Shown here: one piece after another, positions 8,056-19,400 of the stretch
How positions within the stretch are numbered: position 1 is the stretch's first letter
Layout: each line of letters begins with the position of its first letter
The notes under the pieces: model-generated
Seen by the model: the letters and a program-made list of their open reading frames with translations, nothing else
Told to the model about the DNA's origin: nothing
The model's database searches: none
Program-made: the position numbers and the translations under genes
NCBI GenBank assembly: GCA_964556525.1
Contig: CAZKXO010000001.1
Span: 1-50,753, forward strand
Direction of reading: 5' to 3'
Source of the DNA: an uncultured Saprospiraceae bacterium
Lineage (GTDB): Bacteria; Bacteroidota; Bacteroidia; Chitinophagales; Saprospiraceae
DNA length: 50,753 bases

Positions 8056-10887
8056 TTACTTTGGTAATATAGGACCAGTTATAATTAGAGTGGTGTGACC
8101 AGAATTAGATGACATTACTAAATTTGCACTTAGCTGTGCAGTTCTTCTTTGCATGGAAACTATACCTACTCCATTATTATCTCTTGAAGTAATTCCTTTT
8201 CCATTATCTCTTATTGAAAGAGAGAATTTGCTATTCTCAGATTTGAAGTTTACTTCTACATGCTCTGCAGAAGAATGTTTGATTACATTAGCAAGTGCTT
8301 CTTTTGAGATTAAAAGAAGATTCCTTCTGAGCATCGCTGATGACTGTAGTTTACCATCAGGGACATCTGCTGAAAAATTTAAAACTATTCCTGTTCCCTT
8401 AAGTTGTTTATTACAATTGTATCGAAGCTTGTGAACTAATGACTCAATGGAAGTATTCTCATTATCTAATGACCAAATCAGATCTCTCATACTTGAAAGC
8501 AAGTCTTTAGATATTGCATTTATATGATTGGAACTGGTAGAATTTGATGCTTGTTGACTGATTGCCTTAATTGATGCAAGCCCACTTCCCATTTCATCAT
8601 GCAAGTCATGTGAGAAAGAAGTTCTTAGATCCAGGAGCGCCTTTTGTTTGTCCAGGGCTATTTGTTGTTCTCTAATTATTCGTTTAGATTTAATCTTATT
8701 AACGAGATACCCAATTAAAAAGAGTCCAAGACTTACAATTATTTTAAAGTACAAAGTTTCATAAAAAGGTGGCCTCACCTTAATTACGAAATTGAATTGT
8801 TCACTATCTGAGTGAGAGTAATCCATAGTTGATATACTGAGCTTATAATTGCCTGGTCTTAGATTAAAATATGTTATCGGCTCAGTGGTGGATTGATAAT
8901 TTAAATCATATCCCTCCAATTTAAATTGAACTTCTGAAGTTCTATTAGATAAAAAATCAATTACATCCCAATTTATTTTTATTTCTTTAGAATCGTGCCT
9001 GAGTACTATTGCTTGTGAGGTGTCCTGACTTATTCCATCCACAACTATATCACTTATTATCACCTTAGGTATAGGGAAATTGTAATTTTCAGATTCACGC
9101 GGAATTTTTAGCAATCCTTGTTTAGTTCCAATAAAAACACCTTCTTCATGACAGACAATTTGCGATTTCAAAAATTTAAATTCTGAGCTTATTGGTACTC
9201 TAGACAAGAAGTCTGTTTCCAAATCGTACACGTAAACTTCATTAGCTGAATTAAACCACAATTTTTGCTCTATAGGAGAAACACTAAAGACTGGAAATCC
9301 AATTTCTGAAAACGTTTTCTCCAAAACATTATTTTCATAATGATAAATACCTGAATCAGTAGCCAAATATATTCTCCCATTAAAGAGTTGAAATTGGTAC
9401 ACTAGTCCAATATTAAAAACTGTGTCTTTTGTGTTACCGTCTTTTATGATAAGATTGTTCTTATAATTTGTGAGATGCAAATCATCTAGCGCAAAAGATC
9501 TAACTCCATACCCATCCTCAAGTCTTTCACTTTCGAATACATTGTTACTACAAGTAATTCTATAACTACCTTCAGAAGTAGTGTACATGAGGTCTCCATC
9601 TTTATCTGTATTGAAAAAGTAAAATTGCCTGCCTGCTAGTCTTTTATGTTTGGTCCAAGTGTCTAAGTGTATTTTTTTATACGATATGCCATATATATCT
9701 GCAACCCAAATTGTGCCTTCTGGGTCAATAGCTATATCTTGTATATTTGGGTTAGTTAATAATAAGTCAATTGGACTATAACTAACAGTTAGATCATTCT
9801 TGAGATTGATTAAATGAATTAGCCCTTCTTCTGTTGCAACTATAAGTTCATTCTCATCATACTTAAGTAGTTTTCTTATTCTTTCATCTTCCAAATAAAT
9901 CATGGATTTCGATTCCAAATCTTCAAGATCCATTCTCAACATCTGAACACCTTGGCCTCTATGAGATGCCCACATTTGATTCTCAAAGAGATTTATCTCC
10001 ACAGGAGAATCAGAAATTAGTTGTTCATTGAGATGTTCTATTAACGAATCTTCTACAAAACTTAATTGATCTAAATCGAACTTTTGGATGCCAGCCTTAT
10101 CAAGAGATACAAGAAGATGTCCTTTATTTTTTACTATATAATTAATTGCATATCTGGAGGAAATAGAATAAGTGTACAATTGGTAATTCCCATTTTTTAT
10201 GTCCCAAATAATCAATCCGAGATTAGAAGCGAAAATATATTGATTACCATGTTTAACTGCTTGAGAAATTATTGGACTATAGTTCATTCCATTGTAACTA
10301 ATTTCCTCTAGTTGTGTTGTCCTTACCCAACTATCATTCTGTTTTTCAAATAACTCTATTCCACTATTTTCTGCCCATGGACAACCAACTATTCTATCTG
10401 CCTCTTTATCTACAAGAAATCTCCTTGAATACATATCTTTTGAAATCAGATTACATTGCCAAGTATTATAATTTAACGTAAAAAGCTTTTTGTCTGCAGT
10501 GAAGTACAATTCCCCAGCAAGGGTATCTATACTAGAGATGTGATACATTGATTGCAAAGTGTCGCCTTGGAAAAGAATTTTCTGAGATCTGAAAATATCT
10601 TTCTCCATATCGTAAATAACAAGGTGTTCGTAGGTAGTAGTAAACAGTTTGGCATCATTAGACTCATACATGTTACTCTGCACCCAAACACCATCTATAC
10701 CAATTGTATACTTGTAGGGATAGGTTGTATTCGTTACTCCATTATATTTATTCCAACCATGAGAACTGCTTATCCAAACATAGCCTTTAGAATCTTGTGT
10801 AAGAAAAGAATTAAAGCTTACATCCAATAATTCTCCGTCTAATACATGACTAGGAAATATATTTAGAAACAAAGCTAAAAAAAGCAT
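8056..10887 (-). CDS. Sensor histidine kinase with a large beta-propeller/Y_Y_Y-type extracytoplasmic region, one TM helix, HisKA_3 and HATPase_c
   Basis: 943 aa with an N-terminal signal/anchor. About 700 aa are propeller-like repeats, then an Ig-like Y_Y_Y segment and the TM helix 'IIVSLGLFLIGYLV'. The H-box is 'FSHDLHDEMGSGLASI' and the ATPase region includes 'ALANVIKHS' and 'DNGKGI'. It lies 37 nt upstream of the response regulator. Confidence 0.85.
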   Translation of the reverse strand: MLFLALFLNIFPSHVLDGELLDVSFNSFLTQDSKGYVWISSSHGWNKYNGVTNTTYPYKYTIGIDGVWVQSNMYESNDAKLFTTTYEHLVIYDMEKDIFRSQKILFQGDTLQSMYHISSIDTLAGELYFTADKKLFTLNYNTWQCNLISKDMYSRRFLVDKEADRIVGCPWAENSGIELFEKQNDSWVRTTQLEEISYNGMNYSPIISQAVKHGNQYIFASNLGLIIWDIKNGNYQLYTYSISSRYAINYIVKNKGHLLVSLDKAGIQKFDLDQLSFVEDSLIEHLNEQLISDSPVEINLFENQMWASHRGQGVQMLRMDLEDLESKSMIYLEDERIRKLLKYDENELIVATEEGLIHLINLKNDLTVSYSPIDLLLTNPNIQDIAIDPEGTIWVADIYGISYKKIHLDTWTKHKRLAGRQFYFFNTDKDGDLMYTTSEGSYRITCSNNVFESERLEDGYGVRSFALDDLHLTNYKNNLIIKDGNTKDTVFNIGLVYQFQLFNGRIYLATDSGIYHYENNVLEKTFSEIGFPVFSVSPIEQKLWFNSANEVYVYDLETDFLSRVPISSEFKFLKSQIVCHEEGVFIGTKQGLLKIPRESENYNFPIPKVIISDIVVDGISQDTSQAIVLRHDSKEIKINWDVIDFLSNRTSEVQFKLEGYDLNYQSTTEPITYFNLRPGNYKLSISTMDYSHSDSEQFNFVIKVRPPFYETLYFKIIVSLGLFLIGYLVNKIKSKRIIREQQIALDKQKALLDLRTSFSHDLHDEMGSGLASIKAISQQASNSTSSNHINAISKDLLSSMRDLIWSLDNENTSIESLVHKLRYNCNKQLKGTGIVLNFSADVPDGKLQSSAMLRRNLLLISKEALANVIKHSSAEHVEVNFKSENSKFSLSIRDNGKGITSRDNNGVGIVSMQRRTAQLSANLVMSSNSGHTTLIITGPILPK

Positions 10888-10894
10888 TAGGAGT

Positions 10895-11632
10895 TCATCT
10901 TTCTGATGCGATTACATTTGCATTACCAGTATCAATTCCTGTGACACTTTCTAATATTTGCTTTAGTTGCTCTTCGTCAGCATCTAATTCGGGTTTCCAT
11001 AGTGGTGGACATGGAGTCATTAGAATTACTTGTGGAATTACCCCAGTTGCATTAGGATTTCGATTAACCTTACTCTTGTCCACTTTAACTGATTCTGCCA
11101 TTAAGGTAAACCAATCAGGTTTCGGAAGTTGTTCTTCAGTAGCATTTTCAACATGCCCAATGTGAATCTTAGCACCAGAAATGAGGATATGTGTTGCTCC
11201 ATTCATTTCTAAATATTCTAGCTCTTTTGGACCTAAAAGAAATACGCTATCGAATGCTTGAAATTTTCGAGCCTTACCATCTAAAGGTGGCTTCAATTCC
11301 TGTTGGTAAAAAACAGGTTCAACATATGGAAGCACTAGATTAGTAGGTGCTTCTTTAAAACTATTCAGCTCAGTTCTGGGATAAAAATCTTGGTTAGCAA
11401 TGTCCAAGTTGTCATTTTGCGCTTTTATATAAGACAACTTGATAGATGGAAATAAAAAAGTTTCGGATTCAAGTTTTGAGGCAGGAATTTTATTGATCAG
11501 ATGAGAAAATCTTCCACCATTTGATTTTCTTGTTTTTGGCTTCTTCCATGATACTTCTATGAAAAAAAAGTACCCAAATGTGTTAACATCAGATTTATCA
11601 ATTGTTGCAATTGGAATTTTGTATTTCAGCAT
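10895..11632 (-). CDS. Hypothetical protein with no signal peptide, apparently co-transcribed with the sensor kinase
   Basis: 245-aa ORF whose stop lies 7 nt upstream of the kinase start. I recognise no motif. Confidence 0.6.
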   Translation of the reverse strand: MLKYKIPIATIDKSDVNTFGYFFFIEVSWKKPKTRKSNGGRFSHLINKIPASKLESETFLFPSIKLSYIKAQNDNLDIANQDFYPRTELNSFKEAPTNLVLPYVEPVFYQQELKPPLDGKARKFQAFDSVFLLGPKELEYLEMNGATHILISGAKIHIGHVENATEEQLPKPDWFTLMAESVKVDKSKVNRNPNATGVIPQVILMTPCPPLWKPELDADEEQLKQILESVTGIDTGNANVIASER

Positions 11633-11883
11633 ATTAAAAGGTTTATATCCCCAAAATACTTATAATTTCTTATTGTAGATTATCTAGCTAGATCGAAATG
11701 CATCCACATATCTCTACTTGGAGTGAGCAGAATACTTTTTCGGTTAATTCAATATAAGAACGGAGCTATAGAAGATACTTACGTGCAAATAAAAAATTTA
11801 ATGGTAAAAATTACTAAGCTTAATGACTCACATCTAACTCAAGATTCTGTTTTGATAAAACCCACTTCAGTAGTATCTAAAAA

Positions 11884-12009
11884 TCCGCCAAGAGGTCAGG
11901 ACACGGTCAGGACACCTTTGGCTCAGTAAGGGAAAAACCTCTAAGGAGCTCAACTTATACCAAGGAGGCACATCCATTCTTCATTCCCAAATCAAAAATC
12001 AAAAAATCC
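11884..12009. repeat. Intergenic repeat family, copy 1 (imperfect hairpin module plus A/T-rich tail)
   Basis: 'TCCGCCAAGAGG-[GGTCAGGACAC x2]-CTTTGGCTCAGTAAGGGAAAAA..CTAAGGAGCTCAA..TATAC..GGAGG...TTCATTC...ATCAAAAATCAAAAAATCC'. It aligns by eye with 13186-13318 and 19992-20118 and ends ~10 nt from the stop of the 12020..13060 gene. Confidence 0.7.
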
Positions 12010-12019
12010 ACCCACTTCT

Positions 12020-13060
12020 CTACATCAGCACCCCCTCCACCGCCGTAACCGGTGCCGGCAAATCCTCCTCTTCTAGCATCTCGCGCAGATCTATTTCTAT
12101 AACTCTGCTCAGTGCCAGCATCGGAATATCATTACCTAAGCCTTCAAAAGGGTTCTCAGAATAATCACCGACCAACTCCATCATAATAAATACCCATCCG
12201 AGAATAACGGAAAATGGAATAGAAAGCCAGGCCGATAATTCACCCAACTGATGGAATTCTGTCAGCATCCCAAAGGGTAATAGAAACAAGAAGATTCCAA
12301 CGAAAAGCTGACTGGAGTTACCGTACTGGCGTGGCAAAGGAAAATCCTTTATCCTTTCTGCTTTGCCTTGATGGTTATAAAAATCATACAGAATCTTTTG
12401 GAGCTCCATATGTCGGAAATCATCTATGACATCCATGCCTCTCAGTTTTTTTAGATCAATGGATTGTTGGTCTATGATTTGTGTAGCTGTGTTCTTGTAG
12501 CTTATGAGGCGTTCGTACTCGTCCGAAGGTAAATTTTGCTTGAGGATGAGTTCCGTGTCATGATCATCTATAAGCCCGACACCAAATCTCTTCATTTGTT
12601 TCTCAGTAGCCTCTCTACCGCGTTGGCCGCCCTGGCTGATATGTTCCCAAGTAGTAGGTACAAGCAACTGACTTCTTAGGCAGTACAACCAGGCAATATG
12701 TCTGTGGATTAATTTGGACTTAAAGGCATGTAATTCTTCTTCAGAATAATCTTGGCTGGAAAACTGATTACTCAAGAATCCTTTGACGGTACTTCCCCAG
12801 GCACGACTGCTATTGACAATGGAACCCCATATTTTTCGAGCTTCCCACAGTCTATCGTAAGCTTGATTGTTTTTGAAACCTACATAGAAAGCAACAGCAG
12901 TACCTATAACAGAAATAGGCAACCAAGGCACCTGTATCCAATTATCATGAAAGATAGCATGCATAGCAAAAACCAAACATGACCATAGGAGCATAAAAAA
13001 GGTAGGCTTACCTGTATATCTTAATACATTGATAAACTTAAAACGCTTATAGACATACAT
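12020..13060 (-). CDS. Bestrophin-family (YneE/UPF0187-like) ion channel
   Basis: 346 aa with TM helices. The family-typical segment is 'NQAYDRLWEARKIWGSIVNSSRAW'. Confidence 0.75.
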   Translation of the reverse strand: MYVYKRFKFINVLRYTGKPTFFMLLWSCLVFAMHAIFHDNWIQVPWLPISVIGTAVAFYVGFKNNQAYDRLWEARKIWGSIVNSSRAWGSTVKGFLSNQFSSQDYSEEELHAFKSKLIHRHIAWLYCLRSQLLVPTTWEHISQGGQRGREATEKQMKRFGVGLIDDHDTELILKQNLPSDEYERLISYKNTATQIIDQQSIDLKKLRGMDVIDDFRHMELQKILYDFYNHQGKAERIKDFPLPRQYGNSSQLFVGIFLFLLPFGMLTEFHQLGELSAWLSIPFSVILGWVFIMMELVGDYSENPFEGLGNDIPMLALSRVIEIDLREMLEEEDLPAPVTAVEGVLM

Positions 13061-13156
13061 ATTCTAAAGAATTTAATCTGCGAGTAAGATATTTAATGCC
13101 TAGCAAAATTTCTAAAGCAATTGTCTGATTTTCTATTTCTAAAACCCCCTGAGTAG

Positions 13157-13425
13157 TGAGGACAGCTTTGGGTTAGGGCTTTAAATTCCACTAAGAGGCA
13201 GGGACAGTTTTGGCTAAGTACGGGAAAAAATATTTAAGAGGTCAATTTATACTAGGGAGGAACAATAGTTCATAATTCTAAAAATTCGTTCTTCATTCTT
13301 AATTCAATTCAAAAATCAGTAAGGAGCTAAGGACACCTTTGGCTCAGTGCAGCTGTTACAATCCACCAAGAGGTAGAGACACTTTCGACATAGTGCTCCA
13401 TTCCTCTTGACGGATTCAAAAAATC
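13157..13425. repeat. Intergenic repeat family, composite copy 2 (one full unit 13186-13318 plus extra hairpin half-modules)
   Basis: Four 'AAGAGG..GGACA(C/G)(C/T)TT(T/C)GG' modules sit at about 13157, 13188, 13321 and 13362. The full unit shares 'TTTTGGCTAAGTACGGGAAAAAATATTTAAGAGGTCAATTTATACTAGGGAGG...TTCTTCATTCTTAATTCAATTCAAAAATCA' with copies 1 and 3. Confidence 0.7.
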
Positions 13426-13450
13426 TACTAAGTCAATGTTTACTAGAATG

Positions 13451-16400
13451 CTATTTAAGTTGTATAACCTTACTCGTATGTTCTATCGACTTTCCATTGA
13501 CGACCAACATATAGGTAGCCCCTTCAGATATTAGCTGCTCCTCTGTTATTCTGATTTGTTGTTCGCCTTGTTCTACTATGAATGCCTTAGAAAACACATT
13601 CCTTCCATCCAGAGAGTAAAGATCTAGTTGGATTTTCTGTCGCTCGGCTACATTTATGGCAATGAATAACTCATTAGAAAATGGATTAGGATAGGCGTTG
13701 ATTGATTCTGAAATAGAGCGCTCTGAGAGCTGGGTCTGATTCTTATCACTCGATCTTCGAGAAGTACTGTTAACCAAATTTGTTCTGCAGAGGCTGTATT
13801 GATTTTTGTAAAAGACAACCAGCTCTATACTGTCTACTTCTGTATCCACCTCCAAAGTGCTATAATATTCTGTGTCAGCAATTTTGTATATGGACGGTTC
13901 TGAAATCAGCTCGGCATTAGCTGGAATAAGTCTGATGCCATGACCCAATTCTATATCACAGAAGCTCAGAGTATGATTGTCCAGCTCTTCTGCCCAGAGA
14001 CTGATTTTAGTGTTAGGATTCAGATTGACATCCAGAGTCTTCCTACATATTGCAGAAACAAAAGTTGCTTTTCTTAGATCTAGAAAGTACTGACCCACTG
14101 CACTTTCACCACAGTAATCAAAATACTCAAAATCAAATCTGTACATCCCTGTCTCTAATTCCAGAATCGGAATAGAATCCTGACGATAGATGGCTTGCTG
14201 TACAAAAATGCTGTCGGCATTATTCTGCCTATACTGCGTCAGCCTAAATGAACTTATATTAGCCCAATCAGTAGCATGCACTGGCTCAGGAACAAAGGTT
14301 GCAGTACAGGCTATTGCAGAAATATAACTTATAGAATCCATGACCAGGCTATCCAACACTGGACCTGAAGTATCTAGAACTTTGATAAATTGCAAGTTAC
14401 TACTTACATTCTGTCTGCACCAGTCTACCACGGTCCACTCTCGCAGTAGCATGTAGCTATTGCCACATAATGGATAAAGTACATCTTCATAGAGCATTCT
14501 GATGTTACACTGATTCATCACTTGTTCTGTAAGTGGAATACCATCTTGATTGGTAATTGTGCCAGATTCTTCTGGATCTGGATACCCATTGCCATTCTGA
14601 TCCCAGTCTTGATTTTCCAACTGAAGGTGTTCTGGATATAATAAGGAGAATGTATCTAATGCTTCATAATTTATCCTAATGTCGCAGCGACTTGTCCTGT
14701 TGCCAAATGCATCCTCAGCCCATATACTTACAAGTCTACTACTAGTAAAACTCAAACCATTCTCGATAGAACATTCCGAATAAGGTACATCATCCGAAAT
14801 AATCAAACTTGCCTCAGAACAATTGTCTTCTTGTAAAAAAGACAAATGAGATAAAAAATCAGTTGTGTCTGTACAGCTCACAATTAAGCTTTCAGGACAA
14901 TCTAATGTTGGAGCCGCTTTATCCTCTAGAATAAGGACTCCCCAACAAGAACTATTATTTATGAGACTGGTAACCTGATAGCTGACTTGCTGGCCCAAGT
15001 AGTTATTGAGCTCTGACTCAGGGATGTATTGATTATCAACAACGAAATATTGTATTTTATATAAGTCTTCATTTCCGATTGCGCTCTGTAGCAGCTGAGA
15101 GGCTGATAAATGCACCTCACAATTTTCATCCAAACTTACATTCAACTTTCCATTACATACCAGCACTTCTGGTAGAATTCTAATCACTGTCTCTGCAGAA
15201 CTCGAGGTGCAAGTGACAGCTTGATTTTCTTGAGTGACAAGCACTCTGTAACTCTTATTATCATGATCTATTGTAGCCGCACCCAAGTACAGGGTTGCCG
15301 AATTCTCACCTGCCAGATTTGTGAAGCCTTGTGGCGTTTTTAGTTGCCACTGGTAATTATAGGAGTCCAAAATTTCAACTGACAAGCTAAGCTCTTGTCC
15401 TATGGTTACTACTATTTCTTCTTCCATAGGTGGAATCTCAGGCGTAGCATTTATATCCAAAGTCAGCGGAATAGCAATAAGGCAATTCTGCACAGTCTCC
15501 ATTCTTGCAAAGAGCATTTCCAGCCCTATAAGTGACTGCATAGTACTGGCTTGCCCACTAATTGTCTCAGAAAGATTATTATGAAAAGAAATTATTTTAT
15601 TACCTGTATCGCCATCACTCTCATCTCCATCTCCATCTCCTTCAGGGTCTAAGGCAGCAAGAAAATTTTCATCCTGTAACAGCTCGAAAGTCGGTGCACC
15701 ACAAACTGCCATTTCCAGTGTATGATCAAAACTGGGACAGACAGTTACTACTTCAAAATCTTTCTGATCGTCATCTTTAGGATTGTCCACATCCCCATTG
15801 CTATCATCTTCTATATCGTCATCTGTTTCTTCAGGCTCTTCACTCAAGGTGTCATCTTCGTCACAAGGCAGATTTCTATAAAAGCTACTGAAGTCTATGA
15901 TCTCTGCCACATTTAGAAACTCTCTATCTTCAGTGTCCTCATCTATCTGAAAATAGATTCTAAGCTCAGTTGCACTGAGTGCAGTTAGACTATCTAGTTG
16001 AGTTCTTATCGTCTCTTTGTCCAAGACCCAGTCATAAGGATTTCCAGTCAGAGCAGCTGTATTCTTTTCTTCAAGGAATATCATATCTTCTGCTGGAAAG
16101 TCAGCTACTGCTATATCATAAGCCGACACCGTCCCTTGATTAAACAACTCTATCGTAAATTCTACTGGTTCTCCTTTTTCTACCAGTGAAGGTCCTACTA
16201 CCCTCTTTCGTAAGGCCAAATCAAAACAGCACTGGATGGAAACTTCAGCAGTTACAACTTCTGTGCATCCATACTGATCTGTTATAGTGCAACTAATAGT
16301 TATGCTGCCTTGATGATCTATTCCAAAACTATCAAAGATAATTGTGTTTAGCCTTTGTTCCTTAAGGACTGAATTACCTATGCCTAAACTGTTTGGCAGT

Positions 16401-19400
16401 ACTGACCACTCAAAGTCTAGGTCTTCCACATTCTTGCCATATATGGCTATACTCAGAGGAATTGGTTCATCCATGCAGCTAGTAACATCAGGCAATTCTA
16501 CTGACCATTGGTCATTCTGCCTTACGATTATTTCTGAGCTACTGACTTCACAGCCAAGAGAATCACTTACTATAACAGCATAGTCACTTGCAGCCAGATT
16601 AGTTATTTCACTCGTTGATTGACCATTGTTCCACATATATGTATAAGGTAATGTTCCTCCAGTTGCCGATACAGCAATGCTACCTGATGACTGAGCATAG
16701 CAATCCACTTGAGCTACATCGATCTTTGTTATTTCCAAAGGCGGATTATCTTCTAAGTTATAACTATAAGATTGCTGACAATCGTCAGAAAAAGTGATGA
16801 GCACTGAGTAGCTGCCTGCAGTAAGATTATCTAGCTGTAGAACATTCTCAGCAGTAGGAATAGACCACTCTATCACAGCTTCAGCTAGGCTTTCTTCACT
16901 AGACAATACAATAGAGCCTGTTGCTTCACCAAAACAATCAGGGTTCGTTAGCTCTTCGGATATCTTAATACGTTCTAGCGCATCCACCTGATAAGTTGCT
17001 GTCTCAAAACAGTTCATTGCATCTGTTATTGTCACCGAGTAATTACCTGCTGTCAGTTTCGTCCTGATAAGTTGTGTAGATTCATCTGCCCATATTACTT
17101 GGTAAGGTGCTGTCCCTCCTTCTATTACAAGTTCCAAAAAAGCGTCTGCAGAATCATGACAAGACAATCCTTCTTTATTAGCCAAAATTAAAGTAAGAGG
17201 TTCCGGTTGTCTGAGCTCGACTGATAGCTTTTTCTCACAACCCAGTTCTGAAGAGACAACTACTTCGTAAGTACCTGCGACTCCAGTTATCGTTTCAGTT
17301 ACTTCTCCAGTACTCCATAGATAATTGGCATTAGCTAGATTGCTGCTTACAGTTAAGCTGCCATCTTCCTTAGCATAACAGCTTGGTTGCTCGGAAATAA
17401 CATCTATGGCTATATCTTCGGGTTCTGCTATCAAATAAGTACGTGAAAGCAAGCAATTATTTTCATCTGCTACAAAAACGTTGTAGCTGCCTGCCGAGAG
17501 ATTCTCTATTTGTGGAGTATCTGCACCATGGCTCCAGATATAACTGTAGGCCCCTACGCCACCTGAGACATCCAGAGTTATAGATCCTTCTGCTTGTCCA
17601 TAACAAAGATTATCCACCAAGCTATCTTTTACAATTTCGAATATGGGCGGTTGTTCTAATAACTGTGTCAGAATTTTTTCACAACCTAAGACATCAGTTA
17701 AGGTTACGGAATATTGCCCGGTGCCTAGCATGGTAATTTGCTCAGTCGTATCTCCGGTACTCCACAAGATCTCGTGGACATTGTCAGAAGTCTTTACAGA
17801 AAGTGCCCCATTAGATTCTCCATGACATAAAATATTACTTGCTATCTCTATTACGCCCTCTAATTGTATCGGGTCTTCTAAGCTAAATTGTAATTCTGAG
17901 CTACAACCATTTGTATCTTGAACAGCTATTGTATAATCTCCACTCTTTAGTCCAGTGACAATAGCATGACTGCCTATAACAGAGTCATTTAAGATATAGG
18001 TATAGGGTAAGGTGCCACCAGTACTTGCGAATTCAATAATTCCACTATCCTTACCATAACAAATAGGATTCTGAGCTACCACAAGTTCTATTGCCAATTG
18101 CTCAGGCTCTATAAGTTCGGTGACACATATCGATGTACAACCTACCTCAGAGGTTACTGTCACTGAATAATTACCTGCTGTAAGACCTGCGACTATTGCC
18201 GTAGTATCTCCATTGCTCCATAATAAAGACTGTAGTCCACCTGACCCAACGACAGACAGACTGCCATCAAAACTATTATAACAACTAATTGCTGACATCA
18301 TTTCTATACTACAACTATCAGGTTCTGTTTCAGCTATTGTAAAATCACATTCCGCCTTACAATCATTTACATCCAAAACATAGATTTTGTAGTTTCCAGA
18401 AGAGAGCTGATTTATTTCAGTAACTTCAGCATAATTGATATCATCAAGACTGGTTCTATAAGGGGCTGTTCCACCAGTTATGTTAATGACGTTTGTCCCA
18501 TCATCGCCATCGTAGCAAGTAGGTGTCACAAGGTTTTCTGAACACTTTACATCCAGTGAATCAGGTTCTGCTATTATTATAGAACAAGTGGAAGAACAGC
18601 CAGCTACAGATGTTACTGTAACCTCATAGGTCCCACTCCACAAGTTCTCTCTGACAAAGGTTCTATCACCGTCTGACCACTCTGCAGTAAGGTCTAGATC
18701 GGGATTGTTATTTAACACAGTAAGGCTTCCATCAGAGCCATTATTACAAGAAACATCTTTAGTTTTTATGCATTCCACCTCTGGCAAATCCAGAATTTCC
18801 ATAAATACAGATTCCAGATCACCGCAGCCATTGATATTTGTGGCTTGTAAGTAGTAGAAGCCTGAGCTTGTCAGAGTATCTAGAGTTATATCCAAAGCAT
18901 TATAAATGGAATCAAACTCCGGATTATACCATATTATCTCCATCTCTGTCGTATCGCCTACAACTTCGATGTCTAAGGGTACATGATCCAGACTACAGTT
19001 AGCAATGCTATCTGAGGCAAGATTTATTTCCAGGCTTGTTATCACTTCTATATCGAGTTCAGAAACATCTGAGCAGACCAGACCAGAACTTGCAGTAATA
19101 GAATAATTATAGCTCACATTATAACTGCTGTCTGGGGGTAAAGTTGCTGGGTCAAAGAAGAAGAACTCATCGTCATTAACCATTCTAGATATTATACCGG
19201 GGCCAGAAAGAAAACCTCCAATGGGATTGATCTGGATTTGCAGCACCTCATTCTGACATACTTGATTTTGCAACACCAAAATCTGTGCATTGGCTGCCTG
19301 TAAATCAAACTGTGTTATAAATTTTCTTTCGAATGGAGGAGTACCTACTATATAAGAAATAATGTAGCTCCCTTCTGGAACAGTCGCATCAAAAAAGTAT

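Noticed and set aside
11912-11927. 'CCTTTGGCTCAG' in the repeat resembles the 3' end of the universal 16S 27F primer site (..TGGCTCAG)
   Set aside because: Only an 8-mer is shared and no other rRNA-like sequence surrounds it. This is coincidence, not an rRNA fragment.
11723-11929. 68-aa ORF in the intergenic region upstream of the 245-aa gene
   Set aside because: Its 3' third is simply repeat copy 1 read in one frame ('PPRGQDTVRTPLAQ'). The other repeat copies are not open in the same frame, so it is unlikely to be coding.
13061-13450. Possible CRISPR-like array because of recurring ~30-bp motifs in a noncoding stretch
   Set aside because: The motif copies are imperfect and irregularly spaced, and in one case the arm order is swapped. 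There are no unique spacers of constant length and no cas genes in the window. The same motifs occur singly at 11.9 and 20.0 kb. I therefore treat it as a dispersed repeat family.
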